Below, in pieces: positions 32,781 through 37,628 of a stretch of DNA of 37,628 nucleotides (position 1 is the first letter of the stretch; the number at the start of each line of letters is the position of its first letter). The stretch spans positions 1-37,628 of the forward strand of contig CAJFCJ010000190.1 of the NCBI GenBank assembly GCA_904063045.1, given 5' to 3'. Made by a program: the position numbers and the translations under genes. Source of the stretch: Dimorphilus gyrociliatus (lineage: Eukaryota > Animalia > Annelida). Below the pieces are notes generated by a model, which saw only the letters and a list, made by a program, of their open reading frames with translations, did not search any database and was not told where the DNA came from.

Positions 32781-35700
32781 ATGCAGTTTTTAGTACTGTT
32801 AAAGTTAATCTTGTACAGTTACTTTCCCCTTATGATTATCAGCTTATGCGGATTTCATGAAGATAATTTGAAAATTCACATGTTTAATAGAAGTGCTGTG
32901 AATTATAAACTGGAACCTATTGAGGAGAATGACAACTATATTTATGGTTATTTAAAAGTTGACGTTTCGAAAAGAAATTTATTTGAATTCATAGCATTCA
33001 AAATATTACCCGAATCGTTCTACAACATGATTTGCACTCTGTTAGGTTTTGATTCTATTCATTTCAGTGCAAATATTTGCCAGAAACCCGGAAGTTTGTA
33101 GTTTATCTCACCTAAAAATATCTTTAGTTTTTTATAGTTTTTTCATTCAAGGTCAAATAACAATTCATATTTCAAAAAATGTTAAAACTTGTTGCGTTTT
33201 GTGAGTATTGTTTAAGGGAAGAGGCATTTTCTACTATTTTCAACACTTTTCTCTTAAAGAGAGATCTTTAACTTATATCTCTTACAGCCATATATATAAT
33301 TTAACATATTACAAGTATCTTCGACTTTTCTGCTTGAAATGCTTCAAATTGCGCAGTTCATGTGTGTACTACATTCATTTGCTTTTGCTATTACAATTCA
33401 TACTTCTCAAAAGATATATTCGCCTACGAATTACAGAACGACGGAACACAGCCAACAGCTTACGAGTTAATTATGAGGGAAAATTCAATAAACTACGAAT
33501 TAACCAATGGCGATTTTCAAATTGACAAACAATTTGTTTGCTCACATTCGCAATACATTTTAAAAGAAAATAGTGTTCCTATTCAAAAGAACGACATCAC
33601 TAAACAAATCAGATTATTCAGAAAATTGAATATTAGCTTTATATTTGTAAAAAATATGTTTGAAAATATCTTTTGCAATGACTACGAAATTCAAGGTAAA
33701 AGAATTAATTATAGTTTGAAATTTGAAAAAAATTTCGATCTCGTTTAAAATGAAATCATCAATTTTTTGTATTTAGATATGGCAATTAAACATTTGCCAG
33801 CAATATACCTTTTTAAGCACAAGGATCACGAATTGTCAAATGATGCAACCAGTCTTATGGTATCTTCAAAGACTTATGGAAATTTTCCCTTCCTCTTCAG
33901 TAGAGGTCAGGAGAGGACAAATCTTATGGAAATGACTTGTAAATACAACAACAATCAACTTGTAGACACTACAAAGCCGAAATTCGACCTAGAAGATTAT
34001 TGGACGAAGGTAAGTGATGCTAAAATTGTTTGTAATCTTCACATTTTAAATATAAGGAGAAATGTCAATGCAGAGAATGACATGCGTTGATACGATTAAT
34101 TATCATTTTCAAAAGAATGGAAAATTTCCGGTATTTGGAGAGTGTAAATGGGATAATTCCTATATGAATGGTTGTAAACTTTTTTATACCAAAAGTAGCA
34201 ATTATCAAATCAGATTGCATTGTTTTAAGAATAAATGTAAGTATAGCCATTTCAGAGATATACTATCAACAATTTTGGTATAATATTTGCCCAATAAAGT
34301 TAAGAATAAGAGAAGTTGATATTGTCTGTAGACATTTCGGTTTTGACAAAGGAAAGCTGGTTTTTAAACAAATGAACAGAAATTTACCAGTAGAGTTTCG
34401 TCACTTTCCCCTCAAATTATCCGTCCATCTTCCGATTCACACCTGGAAGAGTGCAACGGGATATATCACTGCCCTTTCTTCGGGCCAAAGAATTTAACAC
34501 AGTACTCCTGTCACACTCCCAAAATCATTGTTATATATAAAGAGTTTTTTCAGACAAGACAAAAATCTACGATCTGCATTGCTGATGAGACCAACATTCT
34601 TTAAAACCGTTATAAAATGCTATAGGAGTATTAGAAATCGTAAAAATTCTCTTCAATAACAGCAACTTTGAAAAAGAGATAATTCAATTTTTTGAATAGC
34701 TAGAAGAAGTGATAAGAATAATTTTTTCCCAATTGACTATCTACAATATGAATATTTTCAAATAAATCATCCATTAACCATTAATGAAACAATGCAATTT
34801 TGTAGAGAGAGAAATCTCTCACTAGCGGATTATATTCATCCGCATGACTTTAGTAAAATCTTTCACATAGTAAGGCTAAAAGCGTTTGAAAAGTATGGTT
34901 ACGATTTTGAACGAGTCAAAGAAACCCTATCAAGGCTATTTTTACCTATTGGTATTTAAAAATCTTTTATTGAATCATTCCTCATTTTGTTTTTCTTTTC
35001 TTTTCCTTCATGAAGGTTTTCAAGAGACTGTTAATTCTAGAAAAATTCCTACAGTTGTTTCATCAACAAACTATCTGTTTGAAATGATTCCGACTCTCTA
35101 CGCTTTTGATTTAAAGTAATTTTGCTTCTACAGTATTTCTCTTCTCTGGTTCTTTTTGTTGTTCCGTCTATCTATCTCTTTCGATTTCAAAATCAGATCA
35201 TTTGAAAAGATTTATGGTTATAAAGGTGGAAAATACGGTATAAGAAAGCAGCACATATTTCATCCATTTTGGTTATGTTACAAACTAAACTTTCCCGTTG
35301 AACAAGTTCGACATCCGGAAATCTTTATATATAATCTTACTATTACAAGGATTGACTGCTCGCAGAGGATATTCATTTCATTCATATGTACAAATCGAAA
35401 ATTTGAAAAAACTACGGAATGTATTGTATTATAGTTAATAATTGTGGCAAATTCAATATCAGTTTCTTTAATTTTACATTTCAAAAAGTCGTAGGGAATA
35501 GGCATTTAGAGGTCAAGTTCACAGGATGTAAACATAAGCATTTTCTTTGTCCAAATAGCCGTACATGTATTAATCCTGGAAATCTATGTGATGGTGATCG
35601 GGATTGCATTGATGGTGAAGATGAACTAGATTGCGAGCAAAATATTCCATTCAAATGCGACAGCGGAGAAAAAATAGCACTGCAGTTCGTTTGCAACTTT

Positions 35701-37628
35701 AATTTTGATTGTATAGACAGCTCTGACGAGGAGAATTGCAGTAAGTACCAGTTTATATTTTACATCTCGAAGAATTTATTAATCCGATTTCAAAAAATTA
35801 GCTAACGACGAATGCCCTGAATACAAGTAATCGACAAGAAAATTTTATTATAAAAAGCATTGATTGTCATTTATTTTCATTCAGATGCAAAAATCGCCAA
35901 TGTATTGATAATGCACAAGTACTCGATAATCACCAGAACTGTTTTGATAATACAGACGAAGGCTTCAACTCCACCTGTTTGTAGTAAAAAATTATGTCTA
36001 TCTTAGGCCCATTTGAATTTATACACACAGATTGTAAGAAGAAGAAAGGATTCAATTGTCATTCTCAATGTATTGAAAAAGAGAAGATATGCAATTTTAA
36101 AGCTGATTGTCCAGGAGAAGTTGATGAATTGCAAATAGGTACATGCAAACTTGGTGGATGCGACAGAAAACGTCCACAAATTGGTGCTTTTACCCTAACC
36201 CTAACCCAGCCCTTAGCTGTACCTAACCTTTTCCATTACCCCTAACCCTTAGAGGAGACCCTCCTAATTACAAATCAGTTGCTCTCTTCTTCTTCCCAAC
36301 CATTTCTCAATCCAAATTTTTGTCTTGAAATTTCTCATTTGTGGACGTTTTCTGTCGACCCCAAACTTGGTAATTCAGCTGAACAATTTCTAAACCGCCA
36401 CTTTTATACAAATACGCGTTGTGACGTCAAATTAAATTCATATGGAAAAATTGAAGCACATTTTCTATTTCCATGGTCAAATAATTTAAATTGTAAAGAT
36501 AAATGCAATTTAGGAAAATATTCTTGTTGGTATACCAACTTTTGCCTATCAATTGAACTAGTCTGTTTTTGAAACTAAAAAGAGAATTTTAATCCAATTG
36601 GAGTTTTCAAGTGTAAAAACGAAAATTATTTCATTTCCCACTCACAAATATGCAATAGTATAGTTGATTGTAGAGGCGGAAATGACGAATTGTTTTGCTC
36701 CAATCAACTAAATTGTCCTTGAGGTTGTCAATGTCGCTCAAACTATTCGATTGAATGTTCAGGAGCGATAAAAGATGGATTTAGAATAGATGACCATAAA
36801 AAATTGACAATTAAAGATTTAAGCGAAGAGATAAGCAGCTTTGATATTTCATATACTATCACATACTTGGAAATTAGTAGAGTATATTTAACAACACTTT
36901 CACCATCCTGTTCCTTTCCCAATTTGTATTACTTGAATGTAAAGGATAATCAAATATCCCATATCAATATGGATGAGTGTAGAATAGAAAAAATTTAAAT
37001 TTTGATTCTAGCAGGAAATCCAATTGATTTTCTCCTTCAGAGACCATTTGAAGTTTATCAAGATTTTTGCATTTTTCGTCATCCCAATACTTCATATTCT
37101 CTCCACCACTTATTTTTACATTGCAATCTCCAAATCTCAGGAATGGAAATTATTAAAATTAACATACTTTCCTTTAATTTGCCGAATTCTTTTCAAATTT
37201 TCCCTCTACCCATTACTTGTTCTTGTTGGAATCCTTTATTCTTATAATAAGGTAACAAATTATTAAAAGGGCCGCCAGACTGCTCTAAAATTATATAAAT
37301 TATACGTTAGATGGAAATCCTTGCATATAAACTACTAATCAATTCTTTGTATTGCGTAACACCAATGATTTATTCCAACTATGTGGCTTTCAAACTATTG
37401 AGCTACTTATATATCAAGATATTTTCTCTACAATATAAACGGTTAGTTGGTTATATAATAATATAGATTTAGGCCTAACATCTGTTTTGTAAAGGAAAAA
37501 AGCATTCGAAAAGTCTATCAACAAACTCATCCGACAAAGTTGTAAAACTATTTCAATTTTTAATTAAATACGAAAGTACATTTCGTATTTTTTCTATTGT
37601 TTTGTTTCAGGATTACATTTTATTAGGA
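32781..37628 (+). pseudogene. Third GRL101-like gene (signal, SRCR-like, CTL, LDLa repeats, LRR, partial 7TM), disrupted
   Basis: MICTLLGF and DIVCRHFGF (SRCR-like); MQFCRERNLSLAD...FICT (CTL); LCDGDRDCIDGEDELDC and VCNFNFDCIDSSDEENC (LDLa); LYYLNVKDNQI (LRR). In-frame stops at 35982-35987 and 36720. A MITE sits in an exon. Apparent deletion from the LRRs to a TM5-like segment near 37030. Confidence 0.78.
36156..36362 (-). mobile_element. 207-bp MITE, inverted near-identical copy B, inserted in an LDLa-region exon
   Basis: Reverse complement matches 21768-21974 at 206/207 by manual comparison. Perfect TSD AAACTTGGT at 36147-36155 and 36363-36371. Confidence 0.95.

Noticed and set aside
1-37628. 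Prokaryotic, phage or CRISPR interpretation; rRNA or tRNA genes
   Set aside because: Spliceosomal introns and animal domain types dominate. No regularly spaced repeat-spacer array, rRNA-like block or tRNA cloverleaf was recognised.

Overview
AT-rich (about 27-30% GC by eye) eukaryotic, animal-type genomic DNA with short GT-AG introns (e.g. 53 and 59 nt), TTAGGG-type motifs and a 572-nt N gap (20305-20876). The gene families resemble a compact lophotrochozoan/annelid genome such as Dimorphilus gyrociliatus; this is recollection, not verified. The window is an accessory region. It holds three disrupted GRL101-like LRR-GPCR genes (two carry SRCR-like, C-type lectin and LDLa modules), two PAN/apple secreted proteins (one with a trefoil domain), two ribonuclease-inhibitor-like LRR genes, a C-type lectin and a deleted UGT. 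It also holds Mutator (MULE) and mariner relics and a recently mobile 9-bp-TSD MITE family carrying telomere-like G-quadruplex motifs. The two most unusual genes are intact and intronless and look foreign. One is a stand-alone, microsporidian-type glutamyl-tRNA synthetase with altered catalytic motifs (9642-11555). The other is an FCY1/bacterial-type cytosine deaminase, an enzyme class animals are not known to encode (21269-21718). Both lie next to GTCACGTG E-boxes and MITE copies.
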